This document shows, piece after piece, positions 20,712 through 28,996 of a stretch of 64,000 nt of DNA. Source of the stretch: Gaiellaceae bacterium (GTDB lineage Bacteria > Actinomycetota > Thermoleophilia > Gaiellales > Gaiellaceae); contig DASREW010000032.1 in NCBI GenBank assembly GCA_035651895.1, positions 18,584 to 82,583 of the forward strand, written 5' to 3'. Under the pieces are notes generated by a model. It saw nothing but the letters and a program-made list of their open reading frames with translations, ran no database searches and was not told the origin of the DNA. The stretch's first letter is position 1. Every line of letters starts with the position of its first letter. The position numbers and the translations under genes were made by a program.

Positions 20712-20902
20712 TCGACCGGAGCAGGCGCGCGGCTCGTGCGGCGCGCGGGCGCCGGCGAGTGCGGCAGGCGCGTGCGCTGCTCGACCGCCCAGAGCAAGAG
20801 GGCCGCAACCGGGCCGGCGAGCCACGACCAGCCGAAGCGCCCGTACGCCACCTCGAGGGTGGTCACGAAGACGAGGACGATCAGCGGGGCGGCCCGGCGC
20901 AC
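20708..20902 (-). CDS. Small two-TM membrane protein (hypothetical), coupled to the rhodanese gene
   Basis: 64 aa. The GTG start directly abuts the rhodanese stop (TAG GTG). Two hydrophobic helices, no homology recognised. Confidence 0.4.
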   Translation of the reverse strand: MRRAAPLIVLVFVTTLEVAYGRFGWSWLAGPVAALLLWAVEQRTRLPHSPAPARRTSRAPAPVD

Positions 20903-21613
20903 CTAGTCCGAACGCTCGACCGGCAGCTCCGGATACTGCTCCCACTCGGACCATGACCCCGGGTACAGGGCTCCGTCGCGACCGGCGAGGTGGAGACGGT
21001 GCAGGACGACGCATGCGGTCACGCCGGAGCCGCAGTAGGCGACGAGCTCGCCGCCGGGCAGCTCGGGCAGGGGCTCGTTCCAGGGCGCGTTCCGTGCGCC
21101 GGGAATCCTGCCGGGGACGCGGTCGACGGGATTCGGCTCGCCGCGGAAGCGCGCCGGCAGGCGCGCATCGACGACGACCAGCTCGCCGCGGCGTGCTGCG
21201 AGCTCGTCGCGCGAGATCGTGTCGCCGGTGCGCTCGCGGACGGTGAACGTCGCCGGCTCGGCCGTCTCCTCGCCGGCGGCCAGCGGGCCGCGCCACGCGG
21301 CGAGGTCGATCACCGCGCAGGCGCCGTGCCCGAAGTGGCGTAGCAGCCACCACAGCCGCTCGGCGCCTCCGAGCGATCCGTACGCGACGACGAACGTCTC
21401 GTCGCCGATCCCCGCCCGCGCCATCGCCGCCGCGAACGCCGCGGCGGGAGGCAGTGGATGCCGGCCCTCCGGACCGGCCGGCGCCGAGAGGTCGCGCTCG
21501 AGATCGACGAAGACCGCGCCCGGGATATGGCCGCTGCGGTAGGCGTCCCGGCCCGCAGCGGGATCGTCCAGCGCCCAGCGGCAGTCGACGAAGCGGTACT
21601 CCACGTGTGACAT
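20903..21613 (-). CDS. Rhodanese-domain sulfurtransferase (thiosulfate/3-mercaptopyruvate type)
   Basis: Start taken at ATG 21613 (MSHVEYRFVDCRW...SGHIPGAV), giving 236 aa. Active-site loop YCGSGVTAC. The upstream part of the 313-aa track ORF looks non-coding. Confidence 0.85.
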   Translation of the reverse strand: MSHVEYRFVDCRWALDDPAAGRDAYRSGHIPGAVFVDLERDLSAPAGPEGRHPLPPAAAFAAAMARAGIGDETFVVAYGSLGGAERLWWLLRHFGHGACAVIDLAAWRGPLAAGEETAEPATFTVRERTGDTISRDELAARRGELVVVDARLPARFRGEPNPVDRVPGRIPGARNAPWNEPLPELPGGELVAYCGSGVTACVVLHRLHLAGRDGALYPGSWSEWEQYPELPVERSD

Positions 21614-21640
21614 GACACCACGCGGCGGCGTAGGACGGGC

Positions 21641-22357
21641 ATGAGACCCAACGCGCTCGTCCTCGTCGCACTCGCGGCCGCCGCCGCCGTCGTGGCTGCG
21701 CTCTTCGCCTTCGGCCGCCCCGCCGCCGCACACGGCGACACCGCCGCACACGGCGACACCGCCGCACCCGACTCCGTCACGACGCTCGGCGAAGGCGTCG
21801 TGACGCTCGTTCCCGACCAGGCGACGATCGACGCGGGCGTGCACACGCAGGCGACGACGGCCGCCGCGGCGCTGGCGCAGAACGCGACGGAGATGAACGC
21901 GGTCGTGCAGGCGCTGAAGGCTGCCGGCGGCCGCAACCTCCAGACCGAGGAGGTGTCGCTCTCGCCGCAGACCGATGCGAGCGGGAGCGTGACGGGCTAC
22001 ACGGCCGACGACTCGGTGTCCGCTCTCGCGGCGATCGCGGACGCGGGGAAGCTGATCGACGCGGCGGTTGCAGCGGGCGCCAACACCATCGACGGGCCGA
22101 CGCTCTCGATCTCGGACTACGCCGCGCGGTACCGGGACGCGCTCGCGAAGGCGGTCGACGACGCGCGCGCCAAGGCCGCTGCGCTCGCGAAGGAAGGCAA
22201 CTTCGCGCTCGGCGCGATCTCCTCCGTCTCGGAGCAGAGCACGTCGACCGCACCGGAGCCGCTCTTCAGGGCAGCGTCGACGCCGGCGGCAACTCCTGTC
22301 GAGCCGGGCTCACAGGACGTCACCGCCGACGTCTCGGTCACGTTTCGCATCACCTGA
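21641..22357 (+). CDS. SIMPL (DUF541) family secreted protein
   Basis: 238 aa with a signal peptide and SIMPL-like blocks: VTLVPDQATIDAGV, NATEMNAVVQALKAAG, YRDALAKAVDDARAKAAALA. Confidence 0.8.
   Translation: MRPNALVLVALAAAAAVVAALFAFGRPAAAHGDTAAHGDTAAPDSVTTLGEGVVTLVPDQATIDAGVHTQATTAAAALAQNATEMNAVVQALKAAGGRNLQTEEVSLSPQTDASGSVTGYTADDSVSALAAIADAGKLIDAAVAAGANTIDGPTLSISDYAARYRDALAKAVDDARAKAAALAKEGNFALGAISSVSEQSTSTAPEPLFRAASTPAATPVEPGSQDVTADVSVTFRIT
21728..21763 (+). repeat. Perfect 18-bp tandem duplication (GCACACGGCGACACCGCC x2, plus a partial third unit) inside the SIMPL gene
   Basis: Read directly. It encodes AHGDTA-AHGDTA just after the signal peptide. Confidence 0.9.
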
Positions 22358-22493
22358 GCGGGCGGAGCTGCAGGCGCAGCGGCCGTTCGCAGCGGGCGCA
22401 CACGCTGCGCGCCGCGCCCTTCCGTTCCGCGAGATGCACCGGCAGCGGCTTCTCGCACGTGCACCAGAGGTCTTTCACTGCGTGGTCGGACAT
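22350..22493 (-). CDS. 47-aa four-cysteine (zinc-ribbon-like) small protein
   Basis: My own translation: MSDHAVKDLWCTCEKPLPVHLAERKGAARSVCARCERPLRLQLRPLR. Strong SD (GAAGGAAGGA) lies 6 nt upstream of ATG 22493. It is below the ORF-track length cutoff. Confidence 0.55.
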   Translation of the reverse strand: MSDHAVKDLWCTCEKPLPVHLAERKGAARSVCARCERPLRLQLRPLR

Positions 22494-22678
22494 GACCCGT
22501 CCTTCCTTCTCAACGTGGATCCCGCGGTGTGGAGCTCAGCTAGCCGGCGGCGGCGGGGAGGCGAAAGCGCCGGCTAGCACACGTTGAGGCGCGCGACGAC
22601 GATCGCCTGGAAGGCGATCTGCTTGAAACCCATCGTCGTCGGCGTGGTGTGCATTGCTTCAAAAAGCGGAGTCGAAGC

Positions 22679-22715
22679 GGGCCGTGTCCCGTGGTCAGAC
22701 CACAGGACACGGCCC
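22679..22715 (-). terminator. Intrinsic terminator of glnII
   Basis: GGGCCGTGTCC...GGACACGGCCC (11 bp plus an inner 4 bp) begins 9 nt after the glnII stop. On the minus strand it is followed by GCTTCGACTCCGCTTTTTG. Confidence 0.7.
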
Positions 22716-22723
22716 GAAGAGCC

Positions 22724-23779
22724 CTAGGCGGCGACCGCCTCCTCCTCGGAGACGAGCGCCTCGTCGACCGGCACGGTCGCGATCGTCTGCAGGATGCGGC
22801 CGGCGATCTTGTACGGGTCGCCCAGCGAGTTCGGCCGGCGATCCTCGAGGTACCCGCGGTAGCCGTTGTTGACGAAGCTGTGCGGGATGCGGATCGAGGC
22901 GCCGCGGTTCGCGAGCCCGTAGGTGAACTCGTCGATCGCCGCGGTTTCGTGCAGGCCGGTCAGGCGCATGTGGTTGTCGGGCCCGTACACGGCGATGTGC
23001 TCGTCCTTCGCCGCGTCGAACGCCGCCATCAGCGCCTCGAAGTACTCCTCGCCGCCGACCTCGCGCATGTACGCGGTCGAGAAGTTCGTGTGCATGCCGG
23101 AGCCGTTCCAGTCGTGCTCGACGCCGAGCGGCTTCGGATGCCAGTTGATGTCGACGCCGTAGCGCTCGCAGAGGCGCATCATCAGGTAGCGAGCGATCCA
23201 CAGCTCGTCGGCCGCCCGCCTGGAGCCCTTGCCGAAGATCTGGAACTCCCACTGCCCCTTCGCGACCTCGGCGTTGATGCCCTCGAGCTCGATGCCGGCC
23301 TCGAGGCACAGGTCGATGTGCTCGTCGACGATCTGCCGGGCGACGTCGCCGACGTTCTTGAAGCCGACGCCGGTGTAGTACTCGCCCTGCGGCGCCGGGA
23401 AGCCGAGCGGCGGGAACCCGAGCGGCACCCCGTCCTTGTAGAAGAAGTACTCCTGCTCGAACCCGAACCAGGTGCCGGGATCGTCCGGGATGCTGGCGCG
23501 GCTGTTCGACGGGTGCGGCGTCCCGTCCGGGAGCATGACCTCGCACATCACGAGCAGCCCGTTCTTGCGCACCGGGTCGGGGAAGAGCGCGACCGGCTGC
23601 AGCAGGCAGTCCGAGTTCGAGCCCTCCGCCTGGCGGGTCGAGCTGCCGTCGAAGCCCCAGATCGGAAGCTCCTCGAGGGTGGGGACGTCCGCGAACGCGA
23701 CGACCTTCGTCTTGCTGCGCAAGTTCGGGACGGGCTCGTAACCGTCGAGCCAGATGTATTCGAGCTTGTACTTGGTCAT
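22724..23779 (-). CDS. glnII: Glutamine synthetase type II
   Basis: 351 aa from ATG 23779: MTKYKLEYIWLDG...GQWEFQI...NGSGMHTNFS. Only this C-terminal part of the 824-aa track ORF is protein-like. Confidence 0.92.
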   Translation of the reverse strand: MTKYKLEYIWLDGYEPVPNLRSKTKVVAFADVPTLEELPIWGFDGSSTRQAEGSNSDCLLQPVALFPDPVRKNGLLVMCEVMLPDGTPHPSNSRASIPDDPGTWFGFEQEYFFYKDGVPLGFPPLGFPAPQGEYYTGVGFKNVGDVARQIVDEHIDLCLEAGIELEGINAEVAKGQWEFQIFGKGSRRAADELWIARYLMMRLCERYGVDINWHPKPLGVEHDWNGSGMHTNFSTAYMREVGGEEYFEALMAAFDAAKDEHIAVYGPDNHMRLTGLHETAAIDEFTYGLANRGASIRIPHSFVNNGYRGYLEDRRPNSLGDPYKIAGRILQTIATVPVDEALVSEEEAVAA

Positions 23780-23802
23780 CGCGCGCTCCTCATTCGGTTC
23801 CA

Positions 23803-23844
23803 GAAACGACAAAAGCCCCGCCGCTCCCGAAGGAGTGACGAGGC
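23803..23844 (-). terminator. Intrinsic terminator downstream of the CDF transporter gene
   Basis: Minus strand reads GCCTCGTCACTCC-TTCG-GGAGCGGCGGGGC (13-position stem with one mismatch and two G-U pairs), followed directly by TTTTGTCGTTT. Confidence 0.6.
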
Positions 23845-23892
23845 TCCGTTGCCTCCGCGCGCGCCGCCGTGGGCGCATCGCGTGCAGGAACC

Positions 23893-24816
23893 TTAGCGGT
23901 CCTGCCGGTCGGGCGGCAAGAGCGTGATCCCCAGCAAACGGGCAGCTGTGTGCTCGACCTGGAGGGTGGTGTGGTCGAGCCCGAACCGCTCGTGGAGGAG
24001 CGTCTCGAGCTCTCGCCGGATGCGGTGGCAGTCCTCGCCGCGCTCGACGAGCACGTGGGCGGCGAGCGCCGGGAAGCCGGAGCTGATCTGCCACACGTGC
24101 AGGTCGTGGACGTCGGTGACGCCCGCGTGGCCTCGCAGCGCGGCGCCGACCTCGCTCGGGTCGATCTCTTCCGGCGCCGCCTCGAGCAGGATCTTCCCGG
24201 AGGCGACGAGGAGCGGCCAGGCGGCGAGCAGCATCGAGCCGGCGACCGCCAGCGACGCGATCGGGTCGGCGCGCTCGAACCCGGTCGCCCAGATCACCGC
24301 CCCGGCGACGACCGTCGCGGCAAACGCGTACAGGTCGGTCAGGAGGTGCCGGAAGCTGCCCTCGACGTTCAGGCTCTCCCGGTTCGCGCGGGCGACCTGC
24401 AGCAGCGCCAGCACGTTCACGACCGCGCCGGCGGCGGCGGTGCCGACGACGAGCGGCGCGTGGACGTGCGGCGGGCTCACGAGCCGGAAGCAGGCCTCGA
24501 TCACGATCAGTACGCCGAGCACGAGCAGGGTCGCGCCGTTCGCCTGCGCCGACAGGATCTCGGCCCGGCGGAACCCGAAGGTCATGCCGCCCTCGGGCGG
24601 CCGGCGTGCCAGCCGCGCCGCCCACACCGTGAGCCCGAGCGCGGCCGCGTCGACGAGCATGTGGGCAGCATCGGAGAGCAGCGCGAGCGAGTGCGCGACG
24701 ACGCCGAGCACGACCTCGGCGACGAGGAACGCGACGATCAGGCCGAGCGCGGCGACGAGCGGCCGGATCGGCGTCTCGGCGGTCGCGCCGTGGTCGTGCC
24801 CGTGGTCGTGGGCCAT
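23893..24816 (-). CDS. Cation diffusion facilitator family metal exporter (CzcD/ZitB-like)
   Basis: 307 aa from ATG 24816. His-rich N-terminus MAHDHGHDHG and TM2 motif HSLALLSDAAHMLVDAAAL. Confidence 0.88.
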   Translation of the reverse strand: MAHDHGHDHGATAETPIRPLVAALGLIVAFLVAEVVLGVVAHSLALLSDAAHMLVDAAALGLTVWAARLARRPPEGGMTFGFRRAEILSAQANGATLLVLGVLIVIEACFRLVSPPHVHAPLVVGTAAAGAVVNVLALLQVARANRESLNVEGSFRHLLTDLYAFAATVVAGAVIWATGFERADPIASLAVAGSMLLAAWPLLVASGKILLEAAPEEIDPSEVGAALRGHAGVTDVHDLHVWQISSGFPALAAHVLVERGEDCHRIRRELETLLHERFGLDHTTLQVEHTAARLLGITLLPPDRQDR

Positions 24817-24835
24817 AGGCCCTAGTGTTCCGCAC

Positions 24836-25309
24836 ATGGACGGCGTCGTGTTCGTCGAGATCCCGGCCGGATCGCGCAACAAGTACGAGTGGGACGAGGA
24901 GCTCGGCGGCATCGCGCTCGACCGGCGGCTCTTCACGTCGATGAGCTACCCGGCCGACTACGGCTTCATCGAAGGCACGCTCGCCGAGGACGGCGACCCG
25001 CTGGACGCGCTCGTGCTCGTCGGCGACCCGACGTTCCCCGGCTGCCGGATCCGTGTCCGCGCCGTCGGCGTGTTCCACATGGCCGACGAGAAGGGCCCCG
25101 ACGAGAAGGTGCTCTGCGTGCCGCTCAAGGATCCGTCCTGGAGCGAGATCTCCGACATCCACGACGTCCCCGCGCAGCTCCGGAACGAGATCGAGCACTT
25201 CTTCCAGGTCTACAAGGACCTCGAGGACAAGAAGACCGAGACGTGGGGATTCGGCAACAGATCGGAGGCACAGGCCGTGATCGAGGCGGCGCGCAGCCGC
25301 GCCTCCTGA
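24836..25309 (+). CDS. ppa: Inorganic pyrophosphatase (family I)
   Basis: 157 aa from ATG 24836: VEIPAGSRNKYEWD...YGFIEGTLAEDGDPLDALVL. Confidence 0.92.
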   Translation: MDGVVFVEIPAGSRNKYEWDEELGGIALDRRLFTSMSYPADYGFIEGTLAEDGDPLDALVLVGDPTFPGCRIRVRAVGVFHMADEKGPDEKVLCVPLKDPSWSEISDIHDVPAQLRNEIEHFFQVYKDLEDKKTETWGFGNRSEAQAVIEAARSRAS

Positions 25310-25428
25310 TAGTCTCGACGTCAGTCATGTCCGGGATCACCAACGCAGACGTCACACCGCGCCGCTTCTAGCGGCACTGGTGCGTCTTCGTTCGGTCTCG
25401 TTTTTCTCTCGATCCCAAGGAGCATGGC

Positions 25429-26247
25429 GTGTCTTCAGCAGTTGCAGCAGTCGACGTACGTGACCTGAACAAGGTCTTCAGCAGGCGCAAGGGCCTCTTC
25501 GGCCGGCGCAGCCGTGCCGCCTTGAACGGGGTCGGTTTGCGCATCGAGCGCGGCGAGTGCGTGGCCATCCTCGGCCAGAACGGCTCGGGGAAGTCGACGC
25601 TCGTCCGCCTGCTCTCGACGCTGCTCCTGCCGGACGGCGGCACCGCGAAGGTGTTCGGCTACGACGTGTTCAAGGAGCCGCGCGCGGTGCGGCGGCTCGT
25701 CAACCGCGTGTCGGTCGAAGCGAGCTTCTTCAAGAAGATGAGCGCGGCGGAGAACCTCTCGTACGCCGCGCGGTTCTACGGCATGGGGCCCGGCGAGACG
25801 CGGCGGGAGATCCCGCGCATCCTCGAGCGCGTCGGCTTCCCGGCCGCGCGGCGCAACGAGGCGATGGAGAACCTGTCCCGCGGCATGCAGCAGAAGGTCG
25901 CGCTCGCGCGTGCCCTGCTCACCTCGCCGGTCCTGCTGCTCCTCGACGAGCCGACGACGGGTCTCGATCCGCGGTCGAAGCAAGAGGTGCAGTCGTTCAT
26001 CCGCGAGATCCGCCAGCGGCACGACGCGACGATCCTGCTCTGCACGCACGACATGAAGGAGGCGGAAGAGCTTGCCGATCGCGTCGGGCTGCTCGACAAG
26101 GGAGTGCTGCTCTTCCTCGAGCCGGTGCCGCAGGTGCTCGCGCGCTACGGCGTCGCGACGCTTGAGGAGGCGTTCTTCGCCGCGACCGGGCGGACGTTCG
26201 AGGACGAGAAGACGGAAGAGGACGAGGACCGGGAGGTGTTCGCATGA
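25429..26247 (+). CDS. ABC transporter ATP-binding protein (ABC-2/DrrA-like exporter ATPase)
   Basis: Walker A GQNGSGKST, signature LSRGMQQKVALA, Walker B LLLLDEPTTGLD. AAGGAG lies 6 nt upstream of GTG 25429. Confidence 0.9.
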   Translation: MSSAVAAVDVRDLNKVFSRRKGLFGRRSRAALNGVGLRIERGECVAILGQNGSGKSTLVRLLSTLLLPDGGTAKVFGYDVFKEPRAVRRLVNRVSVEASFFKKMSAAENLSYAARFYGMGPGETRREIPRILERVGFPAARRNEAMENLSRGMQQKVALARALLTSPVLLLLDEPTTGLDPRSKQEVQSFIREIRQRHDATILLCTHDMKEAEELADRVGLLDKGVLLFLEPVPQVLARYGVATLEEAFFAATGRTFEDEKTEEDEDREVFA

Positions 26248-26316
26248 GCGTAGGCTCGACGGAGCTCATCAATAGCGGAGCCGCCGGCTTGGCCGGCGGT
26301 GGAGCGGAGTCAGTGA
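26248..26316 (+). repeat. REP-like GTAG-hairpin element, copy A (69 nt)
   Basis: GCGTAGGCTCGACGGAGCT...AGCGGAG-CCGCCGGC-TTG-GCCGGCGG-TGGAGCGGAGTCAGTGA. Tandem with copy B, differing at 3 positions. Confidence 0.85.
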
Positions 26317-26384
26317 GCGTAGGCTCGACGGAGCTCATCGATAGCGGAGCCGCCGGCTTGGACGGCGGTGGAGCGGAGTCATGA
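26317..26384 (+). repeat. REP-like GTAG-hairpin element, copy B (68 nt), ending on the permease start codon
   Basis: Same unit as copy A. Its 3' GGAGCGGAG tail sits just before ATG 26381. Confidence 0.85.
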
Positions 26385-27223
26385 CGGTCGATGTGACGCA
26401 GGCGTATACGCGGCGCCGTGTCGTGCGTGACGAGCTCGTCGGGCTCTACGGCGTCGTCGAGCGCAACCTGTATCTGACGAAGCGCTACCTGCTCTGGGAC
26501 CTCGCGTTCCTGCTCTGGACGGTCGCGAACACGCTCACGATCGTGTTCATCGCGCGCGGCGTGGGCATCTCGCCGACCGAGCGGAACGCGCTGGAGACGA
26601 AGCTGCTCGTCGGCGGCGTCATCTGGGCGTTCCTCGGGATCATCTTCGAGATCGTCACCGAGACGGTCGCCTGGGAGCGCTGGGAAGGAACGATCGAGTA
26701 CACCTTCATGGCGCCGGTGTCGCGCCCGGTCCACCTGATCGGCATGGGCGTGTATTCGGTGCTCTACGGCCTCGTGCGCGCAGGGCTCGTGTTCCTCGCG
26801 GTCGTCGCGTTCATCGGCATCCACGTGCCGCACGCGAACTACGGCGCAGCGGTGGCGCTGCTCGCGATCGCGTCGATCTCGTTCATCGGCGTCGGGATGA
26901 TGACGGCCGTGCTGCCGCTCATCTCGCCGGAGAAGGGCACGCAGCTCGGCTTCGTCGCGCAGGGGCTGATGCTCGTCGTCTCGGGCGTCTACTACCCGGT
27001 CAGCGTGCTGCCCGGCTGGATGCAGTGGGTGGCGAAGATCTCGCCGGCGACCTACGCGCTGCGCGGCAACCGCGCCTCGATCCTGTCGGGTGCCGGCGTC
27101 GCGTGGGCGGACGTCTGGCCGCTGCTCGTGATCGGCTCGATCTCGATTCCGCTCGGGCTCTTCGTCTTCAAGGCCGGAGAGCGGTACGCGAAGCAGCGCG
27201 GGAAGCTGAAGCGGTCCGGCTAG
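26381..27223 (+). CDS. ABC-2 type transporter permease
   Basis: 280 aa, six predicted TM helices, partner of the upstream ATPase. Confidence 0.85.
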   Translation: MTVDVTQAYTRRRVVRDELVGLYGVVERNLYLTKRYLLWDLAFLLWTVANTLTIVFIARGVGISPTERNALETKLLVGGVIWAFLGIIFEIVTETVAWERWEGTIEYTFMAPVSRPVHLIGMGVYSVLYGLVRAGLVFLAVVAFIGIHVPHANYGAAVALLAIASISFIGVGMMTAVLPLISPEKGTQLGFVAQGLMLVVSGVYYPVSVLPGWMQWVAKISPATYALRGNRASILSGAGVAWADVWPLLVIGSISIPLGLFVFKAGERYAKQRGKLKRSG

Positions 27224-27241
27224 ATCGGTTAGGGTCGGCGC

Positions 27242-28606
27242 ATGGGAATGATCGAGAGCAAGGACCGGGCGACCAGCGATCCCGAGGCGCGCAAGCGCGC
27301 CCTCAAGCAGATGGAGAAGGACGCGATCGAGTACGTCCTCTTCTGGTTCACGGACATCGAAGGGCACCTGAAGAGCTTCGCGATCACTCCGTCGGAGATC
27401 GAGGGCGCGCTCGACGACGGCATGGGCTTCGACGGCTCGTCGATCACGGGCTTCAACGCGATCGAAGAGTCCGACATGGTTGCGATCCCCGACCCGTCGA
27501 CCTACCGGCTGATGCCGACGCGCGACGGCGAGGCGAAGGTCGGGCGCATGATCTGCGACGTCGTCACGCCGGACGGGCAGCCCTACGAGGGCGATCCGCG
27601 CTACGTCCTTCGCCGCGCCCTCGAGCGCATGCAGTCGCTCGGCTTCGACACCTTCAACGTCGGCCCCGAGCTCGAGTACTTCCTCTTCCGCGACAAGGGC
27701 GGCACCGAGACGCTCGACGAAGGCGGGTACTTCGCGATGACCGCGCTCGACGCGGCGACCGAGCTGCGCAACGAGACGATCCGCGCGCTCGAGTCGATGG
27801 GCATCGGCATCGAGTACCACCACCACGAGGTCGCGCCGTCGCAGCACGAGATCGACATGCGCTACGCCTCGGCGCTCGACATGGCCGACCAGACGGTGAC
27901 GTACCGCCTAGTCGTCAAGGAGGTCGCCGCGAAGCACGGCGTGTACGCGACGTTCATGCCCAAGCCGCTGTTCGGCGAGAACGGCTCCGGCATGCACACC
28001 CACATGTCGCTCTTCAAGGAAGGGCGCAACCAGTTCTTCGACGGCTCCGATCCGTACCACCTGTCACCGGTCGGCAAGCAGTTCATCGCCGGCCTGCTCA
28101 AGCACGCGCGCGAGCTGTCGGGCGTCTTTGCGCAGTGGGTGAACTCGTACAAGCGGCTCGTGCCCGGCTATGAGGCGCCCGTCTACGTCGCGTGGTCGCA
28201 GCGGAACCGCTCGGCGCTGATCCGCATCCCGCTCTACAAGCCCGGGTCCGAGCAGGCGACGCGCGCCGAGATCCGTTGTCCCGATCCGGCGTGCAACCCG
28301 TACCTCACGTTCGCCGCGCTGCTGCACGCAGGCCTCGAGGGGATCGAGAAGGGCTACGAGCTGCCGGCGCCGATGGAGACGAACCTATACCACCTCACCG
28401 CGGACGAGCGGGCCGAGCGCGGGATCGTCTCGCTGCCGCACACGCTCGGCGAGGCGATCGACGAGTTCGCCGCGAGCGAGCTGATGCGGCGCGCCTTCGG
28501 CGACCACATCTTCGACAGCTACGTGAAGCTCAAGCGCGCCGAGTGGGACGACTACCGCGTCCAGCTCACCCAGTGGGAGCTCGACCGGTACCTCGGCGTG
28601 CTCTGA
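27242..28606 (+). CDS. glnA: Glutamine synthetase type I
   Basis: 454 aa with the motifs FDGSSI, NGSGMHTHMSLF and NSYKRLVPGYEAP. Confidence 0.9.
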   Translation: MGMIESKDRATSDPEARKRALKQMEKDAIEYVLFWFTDIEGHLKSFAITPSEIEGALDDGMGFDGSSITGFNAIEESDMVAIPDPSTYRLMPTRDGEAKVGRMICDVVTPDGQPYEGDPRYVLRRALERMQSLGFDTFNVGPELEYFLFRDKGGTETLDEGGYFAMTALDAATELRNETIRALESMGIGIEYHHHEVAPSQHEIDMRYASALDMADQTVTYRLVVKEVAAKHGVYATFMPKPLFGENGSGMHTHMSLFKEGRNQFFDGSDPYHLSPVGKQFIAGLLKHARELSGVFAQWVNSYKRLVPGYEAPVYVAWSQRNRSALIRIPLYKPGSEQATRAEIRCPDPACNPYLTFAALLHAGLEGIEKGYELPAPMETNLYHLTADERAERGIVSLPHTLGEAIDEFAASELMRRAFGDHIFDSYVKLKRAEWDDYRVQLTQWELDRYLGVL

Positions 28607-28618
28607 GAAGACGCCGCG

Positions 28619-28675
28619 GCGTAGGCTCGACGGAGCCGCGCAGCAAATCCGTGCCGGCTCGGCCGGTGCGGATTT
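28619..28675 (+). repeat. REP-like GTAG-hairpin element, copy C; its second hairpin (28645-28675) probably serves as a bidirectional terminator
   Basis: GCGTAGGCTCGACGGAGCC core, then AAATCCGTGCCGGC-TCG-GCCGGTGCGGATTT (14-bp stem with G-U pairs). It lies between the convergent glnA and PRC-barrel genes. Confidence 0.8.
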
Positions 28676-28928
28676 AGAGGAACGTCCGGATCGACTCGCG
28701 CTCGACGCGGAGCCCGATCACCTTGGCGCCGTTGTCGATCTGCTCGATCGAGTCGGCGGGCACGAGCCGGCGCCGGCGGGCGAAGAACCCGGAGCGCACG
28801 GAGAGCGCATCGGGACTCTCGGGGGAGGTGCCGTACATCGGGCACTCGACCTTGCCGACCACGCGGCCCCGGGCGTCAGCGACGAGGAAGCCGGCGGTGC
28901 TGCGGAGATCGATTGCGAGTGCGCTCAT
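28674..28928 (-). CDS. PRC-barrel domain protein
   Basis: 84 aa: LVADARGRVVGKVECPMYG...RRRRLVPADSIEQID, a PRC-barrel-like pattern. Confidence 0.65.
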   Translation of the reverse strand: MSALAIDLRSTAGFLVADARGRVVGKVECPMYGTSPESPDALSVRSGFFARRRRLVPADSIEQIDNGAKVIGLRVERESIRTFL

Positions 28929-28996
28929 GCGATGTCGAAGCTATTCCCCGTCTGCGAGGAAATACCTCGCCTCCCGTAAAACTTTTGTGAACCCGC

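Noticed and set aside
23785-23812. GTTCC-AGAAAC upstream of glnII, as a possible GlnR box (gTnAc-n6-GaAAc type).
   Set aside because: Only one half-site-like GAAAC is present and the spacing does not fit the consensus. I cannot support it without a matrix search or knowledge of the regulator in this taxon.
25424-25468. 14-codon uORF (MACLQQLQQSTYVT) just before the ABC ATPase gene.
   Set aside because: Its ATG lies only 1 nt after the AAGGAG SD, which is correctly spaced (6 nt) for the ATPase GTG 25429. It is out of frame and has no supporting feature.
26248-26384. Possible CRISPR array, because of two near-identical 68-69-nt direct repeats.
   Set aside because: There are only two units, they are directly abutting with no spacers, there are no cas genes, and related single copies occur elsewhere. 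This is a REP-like tandem, not CRISPR.
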